Positions 20,350-31,319 of a stretch of DNA of 64,000 nt are shown one piece after another. Positions within the stretch are counted from its first letter, which is position 1, and each line of letters begins with the position of its first letter. The notes beneath the pieces are model-generated. The model was not told the DNA's origin and made no database searches. It saw only the letters and a program-made list of their open reading frames with translations. Made by a program: the position numbers and the translations under genes. Origin of the DNA: Candidatus Oxydemutatoraceae bacterium (GTDB taxonomy: Bacteria > Pseudomonadota > Gammaproteobacteria > Poriferisulfidales > Oxydemutatoraceae); assembly GCA_965219575.1 (NCBI GenBank), contig OZ244779.1, positions 2,028,769-2,092,768 on the forward strand. Reading direction: 5' to 3'.

Positions 20350-20991
20350 TTATTTTGAATAGTTATTCGGGGGATCTATATCTGCAACCCCCGCCGCAGA
20401 TTTCCGAGTTTGTGAATCAGTATTACTAACGGATATGTCACAGGCTTTCAATACTTGGTCTCTTAGTATCAGTCCTAAAACCCGCATTAAATCCCTTATC
20501 TGAATACCTTCGTTAAAAGCTACATTAGCCAACTTATCGTATTGCTCTTTATAATTTTTTTCTAAGTCCTTGGGGATTTGGTTTTGCGCAAAATCAAAAC
20601 AGCTTTGCTGTATTTGATAAGCATTCATTTCCCGCTTTTTAGCTTTCTTAGTAAGTTGCTTTTCATATTTATCAGTTATGAACTTTACATCTATCTTTTT
20701 AGACAGTGATTCTCCATATTCACTCAATGACACCGGGCTATCGCTTTGATATATTGCTTTACCCCTAGAGGCAATCACTTCATCAGAAAGAGTATCTACT
20801 CTTCCAATAAGAACATTTATTTTTTCACGAATTTCCTCTATTGACTTAAGTCCTTTGAGAAGACCTTGTGCGTTTTTTCTAATATCTTCTAAATCTTTCA
20901 ATTTTGAGTTCGCTGTGACAAACCACGCGATAATACCAAAGAGGATTACGAAAGATAAGATATTCTCTAATATATAATTGACTACAATCAT
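20350..20991 (-). CDS. Hypothetical protein with N-terminal TM and coiled coil; IS3 inserted at its start
   Basis: 213-aa AT-rich ORF whose ATG overlaps the IS3 TSD. Confidence 0.6.
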   Translation of the reverse strand: MIVVNYILENILSFVILFGIIAWFVTANSKLKDLEDIRKNAQGLLKGLKSIEEIREKINVLIGRVDTLSDEVIASRGKAIYQSDSPVSLSEYGESLSKKIDVKFITDKYEKQLTKKAKKREMNAYQIQQSCFDFAQNQIPKDLEKNYKEQYDKLANVAFNEGIQIRDLMRVLGLILRDQVLKACDISVSNTDSQTRKSAAGVADIDPPNNYSK

Positions 20992-20993
20992 TT

Positions 20994-22207
20994 TGACGTT
21001 ACCCCATTTTTATTACCATCTGCAAAGTTAGTTTTCATGCTATAGCCTCCGAAAATACACTCGGGGGTTGATAACCCAACGCGCTGTGCGGACGCACTTC
21101 ATTATAATCTATTCGCCAGGCTTCTATAATCTCTCTGGCCTCTTTTATTGAACGAAACCAGAACTGGTTCAGGCAACCGTCTCGGAACTTACCGTTGAAA
21201 CTTTCTACAAAGGCATTCTGGGTCGGTTTGCCGGGTTGGATAAAGTCCAATTCCACCTGCTGATCTCGACTCCAGTGAAACATCGCCTTGCATCTAAACT
21301 CGGTGCCATTGTCGCAGACGATGCGTACCGGCTTTACACCGAGCCGTTCTATCAATTCGGATAGATAGTTTGCTACGCGTTGACCGGTGATCGAAACATC
21401 AACAATCTGTCCGACACATTCACGGCTGAAGTTATCTACTATGTTCAATACCCGAAAGCATCTGCCGTCGCTAAACTGGTCATGCACAAAGTCCATTGAC
21501 CAGCACTCATTCACCGTTGCCGGTGTTTTCGGCACGCCACGCGGATGACACAGCTTCTTGCGCTTCTTGGTTCTCAATTCAAGCCCGAGCTTCTTATAAA
21601 GCCTATAGGTGCGCTTCACATTGACGACCCGGCCTTCGCTCTTCAAAAGCGCATGCAACATCTTATAGCCATAATGTGGATACTGCTTTGCCTTCTCCAA
21701 TAACGCCGCTTCCAGTTGACGATCTTTATCAGCTTGGTTGCCCTGATAGCGATATGCAGTGCGACTAATACTGGCAAGGGCACACGCAGTGCGTTCACTA
21801 TGCCGACCCCCACTCACTAGATCTTTGACAATCTGCTTGCGTTGCGCCGGCTTTACCACTTTTTTGATAATACCTCCTTGAGTGTTTCACACTGCATCAC
21901 CGTTTCAGCCAATAGCTTCTTGAGCTTGCTATTCTCGGCTTCAAGCTCTCGCAGGCGTTTAGCTTCTGACACTTCCATGCCATTATACTTGCTGCGCCAG
22001 CGATAAAATGTCTGTTCGGCGATATCTAACTCACGACAGATATCTATTACTTTCCTGCCGGCTTCGTTTGACTTTAATGCCTTAATGATTTGTTCTTCAC
22101 TAAAACGTTTTCTCTTCATGTTAAGTTCTCCTGTAATGTTTTTAACTTCTCTAGTTTATCGGAAAAACTAACTTTAAGCATTGGTGATAAATTTAGGGAG
22201 AACGTCA
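20994..22207 (-). mobile_element. IS3-family element, IS407-like (orfA 21853-22119, orfB 21035-21859)
   Basis: TGACGTT...AACGTCA ends, 4-bp TSD ATTT, AAAAAAG frameshift site, WSMDF/DNGTEF/ESFNG DDE motifs; 1214 bp. Confidence 0.95.
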
Positions 22208-22313
22208 ATTTGATTATCCCTTAATTAACTTTAATTTATATGCAATTATATAATAAATTACTTTGCCCTTCCCTTATTTTTAAGGTCACTTTTGTACTGG
22301 TGCAGATACGACG

Positions 22314-22560
22314 GGGCTGTTGAAAAAATACTGTTCTGCAAAACTGTAACCGCTTGCGCCATTTGGTTTTGGTTTCCATAAATTGAATAAATAAATGTAT
22401 AAATTGTGCAGGCACAACGCGTTACGGGCGGACATGCAAGTCCGCCCCTACAGCGGTTTATAGATATTCACGGCGCAAGCGGTTGCGGCTATTCTGGAAC
22501 GGTACTTTAGGGCGGACACACAGGTCCGCCCCTACGGGTGGTTTGTAAATATTCGTGGCG
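22314..22560. repeat. Partial MITE with REP hairpins
   Basis: Left IR GGGGCTGTTGAAAAA and two GGGCGGAC..GTCCGCCCCTAC hairpins; no right IR seen. Confidence 0.65.
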
Positions 22561-22644
22561 CAGAGCAGTTCTAATTATGCTATTACTAAAATTTAAGGAG
22601 GGCATAGTATAATGAAGTCTCATTAATCAACTTGAGTGTAAAAG

Positions 22645-25600
22645 GTGTCTAAATTATTAACCAAAGGGCTCTATCGCCCCGAATTTGAAAAAGACAGTTG
22701 CGGTTTCGGGCTAATCACCCAAATGGACGGACAGGCAAGTCATTGGCTGGTCAAAACTGCGATACAGTCGCTGGGGCGTTTGACACATCGCGGTGCCGTA
22801 TCGGCGGACGGGAAAACCGGCGACGGTTGCGGGCTTTTGATGAAAATGCCGTTGGATTATATGCGGGCAAAAGCCGACGCAGCCGGTATCAACCTGGCCG
22901 AACATTTTGCCGTCGGCGTGGTCTTCCTATCAAAAGATAAAAAAATAGCAAAACAATGGCAGGAGATATTGAATCTACAACTCACCAAGCAAGGCTTTGA
23001 AATTGCCGGTTGGCGTACGGTGCCTATCAACCCCGAGGCGTGCGGCGCAGAAGCACTTAAAACATTGCCGAACATAGCGCAGGTGTTTATCAACATAAAA
23101 GAGTCGATGAAGAACACCGAGCAGGCATTGTTTGTTGCGCGCCGTAAAGCGGAGATTGCATTAACCGGCACCGCTTTTTACATTGCCAGTTTGTCTTCGC
23201 GAACACTGTCTTATAAAGGCTTAATCATGCCCGACAATCTGCCGATTTTTTATCCCGACCTCGCCGAAGAATCGTTGGAGTCGTCTTTGTGTGTTTTTCA
23301 CCAGCGTTTCTCAACCAACACACACCCGCAATGGTATTTAGCCCAACCGTTTCGTTTTCTGGCACACAACGGCGAGATCAACACTATTTGCGGCAATCGT
23401 AATTGGGCTGCTGCACGGGCGCATATATTAAAAAGCCCTCAACTACCCGATTTGACCGAATTGATGCCGTTGGTTTCTATGGAGGGATCGGACTCGTGTA
23501 GTTTAGATAATATGCTCGAAGTCCTGATGATGGGCGGTATGGATCTATGCAGTGCGATACGCCTGTTGATACCACCGGCGTGGCAGAATGTCAGCCGTAT
23601 AGACCCCGACCTACGCGCCTATTACGGTTACAACTCCTTCCACATGGAACCTTGGGACGGGCCTGCCGGCATCGTCTTAACCGATGGTCGTTATGCAGCC
23701 TGTTCTATGGATAGAAACGGTTTGCGACCGGCGCGCTATGTTATTACCAAAGATCGTTTTATCACACTGGCATCCGAGATAGGTGTCTACGACTATAGTG
23801 CCGACGAAGTGGAAACCAAAGGCAGATTAAAGCCCGGGCAGATGATTGCGGTTGACACACAAACCGGAACCTTGATGTTGCCCGAAATGATCAACGAAGA
23901 ATTAAAATCCAGGCACCCTTATCGTCACTGGTTAAAAGAACACGCACATTATGTACCCACCCCCTCTAACGAAGCCTTGGGTGTCTACGAACCGCTATCG
24001 GACCAGCAATTACGTAGCTACCAGAAGATGTTCAATTTATCGTATGAGGAGAAAGAGCAAGTGCTCAAAGTATTGGCACAAGTCGGACAGGAAGCAGTCG
24101 GTTCTATGGGCGACGATACCCCGCTACCGGTGTTGTCCTCTCAAGTGCGCTCGTTGTTCGATAGTTTCCGTCAACAGTTCGCACAGGTCACCAACCCACC
24201 TATAGACCCGTTGCGAGAACGTATCGTGATGGGACTGGAGACGGCATTGGGCTGCGAGATGAATCCTTTCGATAAATTGCCGGAGGTCGATCGCCTGTTG
24301 TTAAGATCACCGGTACTATCCGAATACAAGTTTCGCACTATGCTGGAGCTTGAGAAATTTCCTCATCAAGTTTTTGACCTCGGTTATTCGAGCGAACACG
24401 ACCTGCGCTCTGCAATCATACAACTTTGCGACCGAGTGGTAGATGCTGCGCGCGAGAAAGACTTTCTATTGGTCGTACTATCCGACAGACAAATAGCCTC
24501 GGATCGTCTCACCATACACGCCCTGCTCGCCTGCGGTGCGGTGCATCATCGCCTAATCAAAGAAGGATTGCGGTGTCAATGCAATATCGTCATAGAAACC
24601 GCAACTGCGCGCGACCCGCATCATTTTGCAACCCTAATCGGTTATGGCGCAAGTGCTATATTCCCCTATCTGAGTTATCAAAGTCTCGCCGGCATGTACC
24701 GCAAGCAGGAAATTGACAATGCTAAACCGCTGGTGACTATTTGTTCCGCGTATCGGCAAGCTATCAACAAAGGTCTTTTGAAAATCATATCCAAGATGGG
24801 TATCTCCACGATTACAAGTTATAGAGGCGCACAATTATTCGAAATAGTCGGCTTGCACGACGAGGTTGTCTCGCTGTGCTTCAAAGGTACTACCAGCAGG
24901 CTACAAGGGCTGCATTTCTCGGATTTAGAGGACGATCAAAAGAAGTTGGCAAGGCTCGCTCAAAACCACTCCAAACCGTTACGACAAGGCGGATTATTAA
25001 AATATATACACGACGGGGAATACCATGCATTCAACCCCGATGTCGTGCAGAGCCTGCAAAAAGCCGTACAAGACTCCGATTACGACGCATACAAGCACTT
25101 CGCCGATCATGTCAACCATCGCCAGCCGGCGGTATTCAGAGATTTGCTGAAGCTAAAACCCAAAGCCCCGGTGTCGCTGGACGAAGTGGAAGCGGAGGAA
25201 TACATCGTCAGACGCTTTGACTCTGCCGGCATGTCGCTCGGTGCGCTCTCTCCCGAGGCGCACGAAACATTGGCGGAAGCGATGAACAGCTTGGGCGGGC
25301 GTTCAAACTCCGGAGAAGGCGGTGAAGATCCTAAAAGATTCGGTACCAATAAGTCGTCGAAAATCAAGCAGGTCGCATCGGGACGTTTCGGTGTGACCCC
25401 GCATTATCTTAGCGACGCGGAAGTTATACAGATTAAGATTGCACAGGGTGCAAAACCCGGTGAGGGCGGTCAACTACCGGGAACCAAAGTCAACAAGATG
25501 ATCGCGAAACTGCGACACTCCAGCGAAGGCATCGCACTGATTTCTCCGCCACCGCACCACGATATATACTCGATAGAAGACCTTGCGCAGTTAATCTTCG

Positions 25601-27090
25601 ATTTGAAGCAAGTCAATCCCAAAGTTTTGGTTTCGGTTAAGTTGGTTGCCGAAGCCGGTGTCGGCACGATCGCAGTCGGTGTCGCCAAAGCCTATGCCGA
25701 CCTGATTACGATATCGGGCTACGACGGCGGCACCGGCGCAAGCCCGCTCACCAGCATCAAATACGCCGGCGCACCTTGGGAACTCGGTCTGCCCGAAACC
25801 CATTTATCGTTACGCAACAACGACCTGCGCGACAAAGTAAGATTGCAAACCGACGGCGGCTTAAAAACCGGTTTAGATGTGGTCAAAGCGGCAATTCTAG
25901 GTGCCGAGAGCTTCGGCTTCGGTACTGCCCCGATGATTGCCATGGGTTGTAAATATCTGAGAATATGCCATCTCAACAACTGCGCAACCGGGGTTGCCAC
26001 CCAAAACAAAGTGCTACGGCTGAAACACTTCATCGGCAAAATGCAGATGGTTAGAAATTATTTTCTCTTCATTGCCAGAGAGACGCGTGAATGGATGGCG
26101 CACTTAGGCATTAGAAAATTTGAAGACTTGATCGGACAGCTCGATTTATTGGAACTTGTAGAGGAACTACCGCATCGGCAAAGCGGATTGGACTTGAGTG
26201 CTATTTTGTCCGACGGCGGTGTTGCCGCCGACAAACCGCAATTTTGCACCTACGAGCGTAACAAGCCGTTTGACCGCGGCATTCTCGCAGAACGCATGGT
26301 TGCGGATACGAAGGATGCCATAAAAAATAAAACAGGTGGCGAATTTCACTACGAGATTCGCAATGTAGATCGTTCAATCGGTGCCCGAGTCTCCGGCGAG
26401 ATTGCCAAGCGATACGGAAATTACGATATGTCGGATACGCCGTTGGATGTTTATTTCAAAGGCACCGCCGGGCAGAGCTTCGGAGTTTGGAATGCCGGTG
26501 GCTTGCATCTACACTTGGAAGGCGATGCCAACGATTATGTAGGCAAAGGCATGGCAGCGGGAGAAATTGCCATTTATCCGCCACCGCAAATAGCGGAACA
26601 ATCGCAAAAGATGCCGATTGTCGGAAACACCTGCCTTTACGGCGCAACCGGCGGAAAGTTTTTCGCTGCCGGCAAAGCGGGCGAGCGTTTTGCGGTTAGA
26701 AACTCGGGTGTGATCGCCGTCGTAGAAGGTTTGGGGGATCACGGATGCGAATATATGACCGGCGGCTTCGTTGTCGTATTGGGCAAAACCGGCCTCAACT
26801 TCGGTGCCGGAATGACCGGCGGCCTAGCAATGGTTTTTGACCGACAAGACAACTTCAGCGATTTGTACAACCACGAAATGATCGATATCTATCGCATCGA
26901 TACCGAAGAGATGGACCAACAACGAGATTATTTATATACCCTATTGACCGAGCACCAACGAAAGACAGGTAGCCTGTTTGCACAATCGCTAGTTGACGAT
27001 TTCTCCACCTATCTGCCTAAATTCTGGTTGGTCAAACCCAAAGCGGCAGAGCTCGATATGCTAATGGCAAGTCTACTGAAAGCTGCTTAA
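22645..27090 (+). CDS. gltB: Glutamate synthase large subunit
   Basis: EKDSCGFG N-terminal Cys, HQRFSTNT, MEPWDGPA, IKIAQGAKPGEGGQLPG and CHLNNCATGVATQ. Confidence 0.98.
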   Translation: MSKLLTKGLYRPEFEKDSCGFGLITQMDGQASHWLVKTAIQSLGRLTHRGAVSADGKTGDGCGLLMKMPLDYMRAKADAAGINLAEHFAVGVVFLSKDKKIAKQWQEILNLQLTKQGFEIAGWRTVPINPEACGAEALKTLPNIAQVFINIKESMKNTEQALFVARRKAEIALTGTAFYIASLSSRTLSYKGLIMPDNLPIFYPDLAEESLESSLCVFHQRFSTNTHPQWYLAQPFRFLAHNGEINTICGNRNWAAARAHILKSPQLPDLTELMPLVSMEGSDSCSLDNMLEVLMMGGMDLCSAIRLLIPPAWQNVSRIDPDLRAYYGYNSFHMEPWDGPAGIVLTDGRYAACSMDRNGLRPARYVITKDRFITLASEIGVYDYSADEVETKGRLKPGQMIAVDTQTGTLMLPEMINEELKSRHPYRHWLKEHAHYVPTPSNEALGVYEPLSDQQLRSYQKMFNLSYEEKEQVLKVLAQVGQEAVGSMGDDTPLPVLSSQVRSLFDSFRQQFAQVTNPPIDPLRERIVMGLETALGCEMNPFDKLPEVDRLLLRSPVLSEYKFRTMLELEKFPHQVFDLGYSSEHDLRSAIIQLCDRVVDAAREKDFLLVVLSDRQIASDRLTIHALLACGAVHHRLIKEGLRCQCNIVIETATARDPHHFATLIGYGASAIFPYLSYQSLAGMYRKQEIDNAKPLVTICSAYRQAINKGLLKIISKMGISTITSYRGAQLFEIVGLHDEVVSLCFKGTTSRLQGLHFSDLEDDQKKLARLAQNHSKPLRQGGLLKYIHDGEYHAFNPDVVQSLQKAVQDSDYDAYKHFADHVNHRQPAVFRDLLKLKPKAPVSLDEVEAEEYIVRRFDSAGMSLGALSPEAHETLAEAMNSLGGRSNSGEGGEDPKRFGTNKSSKIKQVASGRFGVTPHYLSDAEVIQIKIAQGAKPGEGGQLPGTKVNKMIAKLRHSSEGIALISPPPHHDIYSIEDLAQLIFDLKQVNPKVLVSVKLVAEAGVGTIAVGVAKAYADLITISGYDGGTGASPLTSIKYAGAPWELGLPETHLSLRNNDLRDKVRLQTDGGLKTGLDVVKAAILGAESFGFGTAPMIAMGCKYLRICHLNNCATGVATQNKVLRLKHFIGKMQMVRNYFLFIARETREWMAHLGIRKFEDLIGQLDLLELVEELPHRQSGLDLSAILSDGGVAADKPQFCTYERNKPFDRGILAERMVADTKDAIKNKTGGEFHYEIRNVDRSIGARVSGEIAKRYGNYDMSDTPLDVYFKGTAGQSFGVWNAGGLHLHLEGDANDYVGKGMAAGEIAIYPPPQIAEQSQKMPIVGNTCLYGATGGKFFAAGKAGERFAVRNSGVIAVVEGLGDHGCEYMTGGFVVVLGKTGLNFGAGMTGGLAMVFDRQDNFSDLYNHEMIDIYRIDTEEMDQQRDYLYTLLTEHQRKTGSLFAQSLVDDFSTYLPKFWLVKPKAAELDMLMASLLKAA

Positions 27091-27120
27091 ATACTTGCTT
27101 TTACTTAAGCGTCGGGCGAG

Positions 27121-28878
27121 ATGAGTATCCCTTCCACCTTCATAGACGAATTGCTTACGCGCACCGACATCGTTGCGTTAATCAATCGCTATATACCGAC
27201 ACCGCTGAAAAAATCGGGACGCTCTTATATGGCGTGCTGTCCTTTTCACGATGAAAAAACCCCGTCTTTTTCGGTTAGCCGCGACAAAGGTCTCTACTAT
27301 TGCTTCGGCTGTCATGCCTCGGGCGGTGCTATAAAGTTTTTAATGGAACACCAGCGTATGACTTTCCAAGAGGCGGTCGAAGAGCTGGCGCGTCATGCAG
27401 GTATGGAAGTGCCTCGTCTAAATACCCGTGTATCAACCGAAGACCAAAAACGCTTTGAAAGGATGCACACGATAATGAATAAAGTATCCGAGTTTTACAG
27501 AACACAACTGAAACAAAACGCACAAGCGAGCGATTATCTGCGAGGGCGAGGCATTACATCGGAAACCGCTACCGATTTTGCAATCGGATACGCACCCGAC
27601 AAACCTTATTTGAAACAATGCCTAGGTTCCGCCTACGACGAGAAAACGCTGCTTACCGTCGGTTTGCTCGCTCAAAGTGGCAACCGGTCGTACGAAAAGT
27701 TTAGAGACCGCTTGATGTTCCCGATACGCGACCGACGCAGCAACGTGATTGCATTCGGCGGTCGCCTGTTGGAAAACAAAAAGCAAAAACAAGATAGACT
27801 GCCCAAGTATATGAATTCTCCGGAAACACCTCTATTCAAGAAAAGGAATACTTTGTACGGCTTGCACGAACTAAAAAAAGTGCGCGATCTACGCTGCTTA
27901 TTATTCGTAGAGGGCTATATGGATGCGGTCTCCCTATCCCAGCACGGCGTACGCAACGTAGTAGCAACTTTAGGCACCGCAACGACTCAAACCCACATCC
28001 GCATCGCACTACGCTTCAGCTCCAATCTGATATTCTGTTTTGACGGCGACAACGCCGGACAACGCGCAGCGATTGAAGCGGCAAAACAGGCACTCTCGGT
28101 ATTCACCGACGGCTGTAGCATTAACTTTATGTTCTTACCCTCCGGCGAAGACCCCGACAGCTATATCAAACAACACGGCTACGAGGTATTCAATAAACAA
28201 CTTGCGCAAGCGACACCGCTGGCGGACTTCTTGTTCACACATCACTCCGAAGGACTGGACTTGAACAATCCTGCCCACGCAACCCGTTATGCCAAATTGC
28301 TTAGACCTTTGATAATGCAGCTACCCCAAGGCATGTTCAGAGAATTAATGTTCAAACGGCTGGCGGAACAAATCAACATAGACGCAGATAAGTTAAAGAC
28401 CGACTACGGGAATGCAAAAACTTATACTAAAACCCAAAGAAAAGATGAGCCGAAAAAAAAGATTTTGTATTCGACGGTTACGGTTGCACTGCGCGCATTA
28501 TTGGCAAAACCCTCGCTGGCGGATCAAACGCTTGCCGCCGATAAAATACGCAGACTGCAAAAACCCGGCGCAGAACTACTTGCCGATGTGATTGACTGCA
28601 TAAAACATAAAAAACTATCCAACGCTGCCAGCATCGTTGAGTCGTTTAGGGAAAGCACTCACCAAGAGAGCCTTTCTCGTCTACTGACGACATCGACCGC
28701 ACCCGAAGCGGATATGGAAATAGAGTTCAAGGACGCAATGCGCCAGTTGGAAATAGAAATAACCGAGCAAAAAATTGAACAGCTGCAAAAAGCATTATCA
28801 ACCGACGAATCCGGGCAAATAAAAATACACGATTTACTCAAGCACCTGCATAAACTTAAAAGCCAGCCGTCGCCGTAG
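27121..28878 (+). CDS. dnaG: DNA primase
   Basis: CPFHDEKTPSF/CFGC zinc finger, KYMNSPET, EGYMD and the FDGD TOPRIM motif. Confidence 0.97.
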   Translation: MSIPSTFIDELLTRTDIVALINRYIPTPLKKSGRSYMACCPFHDEKTPSFSVSRDKGLYYCFGCHASGGAIKFLMEHQRMTFQEAVEELARHAGMEVPRLNTRVSTEDQKRFERMHTIMNKVSEFYRTQLKQNAQASDYLRGRGITSETATDFAIGYAPDKPYLKQCLGSAYDEKTLLTVGLLAQSGNRSYEKFRDRLMFPIRDRRSNVIAFGGRLLENKKQKQDRLPKYMNSPETPLFKKRNTLYGLHELKKVRDLRCLLFVEGYMDAVSLSQHGVRNVVATLGTATTQTHIRIALRFSSNLIFCFDGDNAGQRAAIEAAKQALSVFTDGCSINFMFLPSGEDPDSYIKQHGYEVFNKQLAQATPLADFLFTHHSEGLDLNNPAHATRYAKLLRPLIMQLPQGMFRELMFKRLAEQINIDADKLKTDYGNAKTYTKTQRKDEPKKKILYSTVTVALRALLAKPSLADQTLAADKIRRLQKPGAELLADVIDCIKHKKLSNAASIVESFRESTHQESLSRLLTTSTAPEADMEIEFKDAMRQLEIEITEQKIEQLQKALSTDESGQIKIHDLLKHLHKLKSQPSP

Positions 28879-28887
28879 CGGCAACCA

Positions 28888-29752
28888 TTCCCCTCCTGTG
28901 GAGGGGCAGGCTTTACCTGACGGGGTGGTTGTAATCGTGGGGCTGTTGAAAAAGTATCCACAAACCGTAGGGGCGGACTTGTATGTCCGCCCGTGACGCG
29001 TTGGTCGGCACGATTTATACATTCATTCACCCGATTTATGGAAACCAAAACCATGCGGCGCAAGCGGTTGCAGTTGTGCAAAAACAGTACTTTTTCAACA
29101 ACCCCCAAGGTTCCGCGCAAGCTAATTCCCCTCCTTTGGAGGGGTGGCCTATGCATTTTGCAATGCATGCGTTTAGCAGTCATGTCGAGGTTCTGAACGA
29201 AGTCACGCCGATTGACCTACTGGTTCAATCGGCGGTTCTATTCAGCCTGACGGGGTGGTTGCCAAGGGGGGCTGTTGAAAAAGTATCCACGAACCGTAGG
29301 GGCGGACTAACATGTCCGCCCGTAACGCGTTGGCCGGCACGATTTATACATTCATCCATTCAATTTATGGAAACCAAAACCATACGGCGCAAGCGGTTGG
29401 TGTCGTGCAGAACGGTACTTAAGGGCAGACACACAGGTCTGCCCCTACGGCTTGGTGGTTATTATAAATTCACGACGCAAGCGGTTACGGTTGCACGCCG
29501 GCGATACTTTTTCAACAGCCCGCAAGGTTCTGCACTAGTTAATTCCCCTCCTTTGGAGGGGTGGCCTATGCATTTTGCAATGCATGCGTTTAGCAGTCAT
29601 GTCGAGGTTCTGAACGAAGTCACGCCGATTGACCTACTGGTTCAATCGGCGGTTCTATTCAGCCTGACGGGGTGGTTATCAAATATGGAGACCATCATCG
29701 GGTGGTGCAAGCAGTTACAACTGTTCAAAAACAGCACTTTTTCAACAACCCC
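28888..29752. repeat. Large repeat cluster with a ~417-bp internal period
   Basis: A MITE plus hairpin-insert block occurs twice (about 29105-29260 and 29523-29677). Confidence 0.8.
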
Positions 29753-29823
29753 ATATGTCGATTACAATTTCTCAGTTATAATTGCTATAGTAACAAGCCT
29801 TATAAATATAGGAGTAAATAAAA

Positions 29824-30114
29824 ATGTTCGAAATCGCGTTATACAACACATTAAGAAAGATACCGGAAGTGTCCGATGACGAGGCAAAGGAAGCCGTTGC
29901 CGATGTTGCTAGTTCGAAAGAAGTAGTAACTAAGGCAGATATAATAGAACTAAAAGTAGCAACCAAGGCAGATATAGTAGAACTAAAAGCAGAAATGAAA
30001 GCAGATATCAAAAATATGGCGACCAAAGCCGATATAGCGAATTTAGAGACGCGTATGACTTGGAAGCTGGTAGGTATTGGTTTGGCGATTGTCGGAATTA
30101 TAAAGTATCTTTGA
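29824..30114 (+). CDS. DUF1640-like small coiled-coil membrane protein
   Basis: Repeated TKADI units and a C-terminal TM. The upstream region is near-identical to that of the 825 paralog. Confidence 0.7.
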   Translation: MFEIALYNTLRKIPEVSDDEAKEAVADVASSKEVVTKADIIELKVATKADIVELKAEMKADIKNMATKADIANLETRMTWKLVGIGLAIVGIIKYL

Positions 30115-30273
30115 TGATAAGGTTCCTGTAAAGACAAGATTATCTGTCAAGGCATCCAACAGGCGGTCAAAACCGCACAAGAAATTCCCAAAAACTTTTG
30201 GATGATTTGGATACCTAACGAAAATCACCAAATACGGCACTTTTTCAACAACCCCACAGGGTGACTGTGTCGT

Positions 30274-30556
30274 GGGACTGCTGAAAAAGTATTTCATACA
30301 ATGTAGGGGCGGACTGGCATGTCCGCCCGTAAATGCGTTGCGTCTGTACGATTTATACATTTATTCATCCAATTTATGGAAACCAAAACCATACGGCGCA
30401 AGCAGTTCAGCTGTGCAGAACGGCACTTTAGGGCAGACATATCAGTCTGCCCCTACAGGTGGTTTATAATATCAGTCTGCCCCTACAGGTGGTTTATAAA
30501 TATTCACGGCGCAAGCGGTTGCAGTTGTGCAAAAACAGTACTTTTTCAACAGCCCC
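30274..30556. mobile_element. MITE copy
   Basis: GGGACTGCTGAAAAA...TTTTTCAACAGCCCC, with an internal tandem duplication of ATATCAGTCTGCCCCTACAGGTGGTTTATA. Confidence 0.7.
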
Positions 30557-30706
30557 ATCGTATCTGCACATTTTACACATTCATCCATCCAATTTAGAGG
30601 CTATAAATTACCCGATAGGCTTCATTAGTTATTCTTCGCATACACAGGCATAAGCAGCAATACTAAAAACTTTTTTCATCTTATTTAGTTTATCGTATCC
30701 CTTCTA

Positions 30707-30949
30707 TTATAAAAACTTTATCATCAATCCGACCGCTGCAATTATTACACCAGCGGTCGCATACATCTGCCTCGTCAGCTTCGTCTCTAGCTCTGCTATT
30801 GTTTTTTCTACTCTTACTATCTCTGCTTTTAAGTCTGCCTTCGTAACCACTTCCTTCGAATTTGCAATATCGGCAACCGCCTCCTTTGCTTCGTCATCGG
30901 AGACTTCCGGTATCTTTCTTAATGTATTATATAAAGCAATCTCGGTCAT
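30707..30949 (-). CDS. DUF1640-like small coiled-coil membrane protein
   Basis: MTEIALYNTLRKIPEVSDDEAKEAVAD...TKADL; AGGAG RBS. Confidence 0.7.
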   Translation of the reverse strand: MTEIALYNTLRKIPEVSDDEAKEAVADIANSKEVVTKADLKAEIVRVEKTIAELETKLTRQMYATAGVIIAAVGLMIKFL

Positions 30950-31053
30950 TTTTATTTACTCCTTTCCAATGTTTATCGGAAAGTCTAAATTTATCACAAA
31001 ACTAAAATAGGGACAATTTATAAACTACGTCTGTAAGCGCGAAGTAGTAATGT

Positions 31054-31311
31054 GGGGCTGTTGAAAAAATGATTTATGCAATGTAGGGGCGGACTGGCAT
31101 GTCCGCCCGTAAATGCGTTGCGTCTGTACGATTTATACATTTATTCATCCAATTTATGGAGACCAAAACCATATGGCGCAAGCGGTTCCGGCCGTTCAGA
31201 ACGGTACTTTAGGGCAGACATATCAGTCTGCCCCTACGACTTTGTGGTTATCATAATTATGCGGCGCAAAGCGGTTGAATTCGTGCAGATCGGCACTTTT
31301 TCAACAGTCCC
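31054..31311. mobile_element. MITE copy
   Basis: Terminal IRs and two REP hairpins. Confidence 0.7.
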
Positions 31312-31319
31312 ATAATTAT

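Noticed and set aside
22698-26742. Short ORFs overlapping gltB (and similar ones inside tldD, pmbA and the porins)
   Set aside because: They are alternate-frame or antisense shadows of well-supported genes.
28888-29752. Repeat clusters as a CRISPR array
   Set aside because: There is no constant-length repeat with unique spacers and no cas genes. The units are dispersed MITE/REP modules.
28983-29879. 298-aa ORF and similar repeat-derived ORFs (GAVEKVSTNRRGGL..., FMETKTIRRKR...)
   Set aside because: These are translations of non-coding repeats that recur in many frames, with no RBS or domain.
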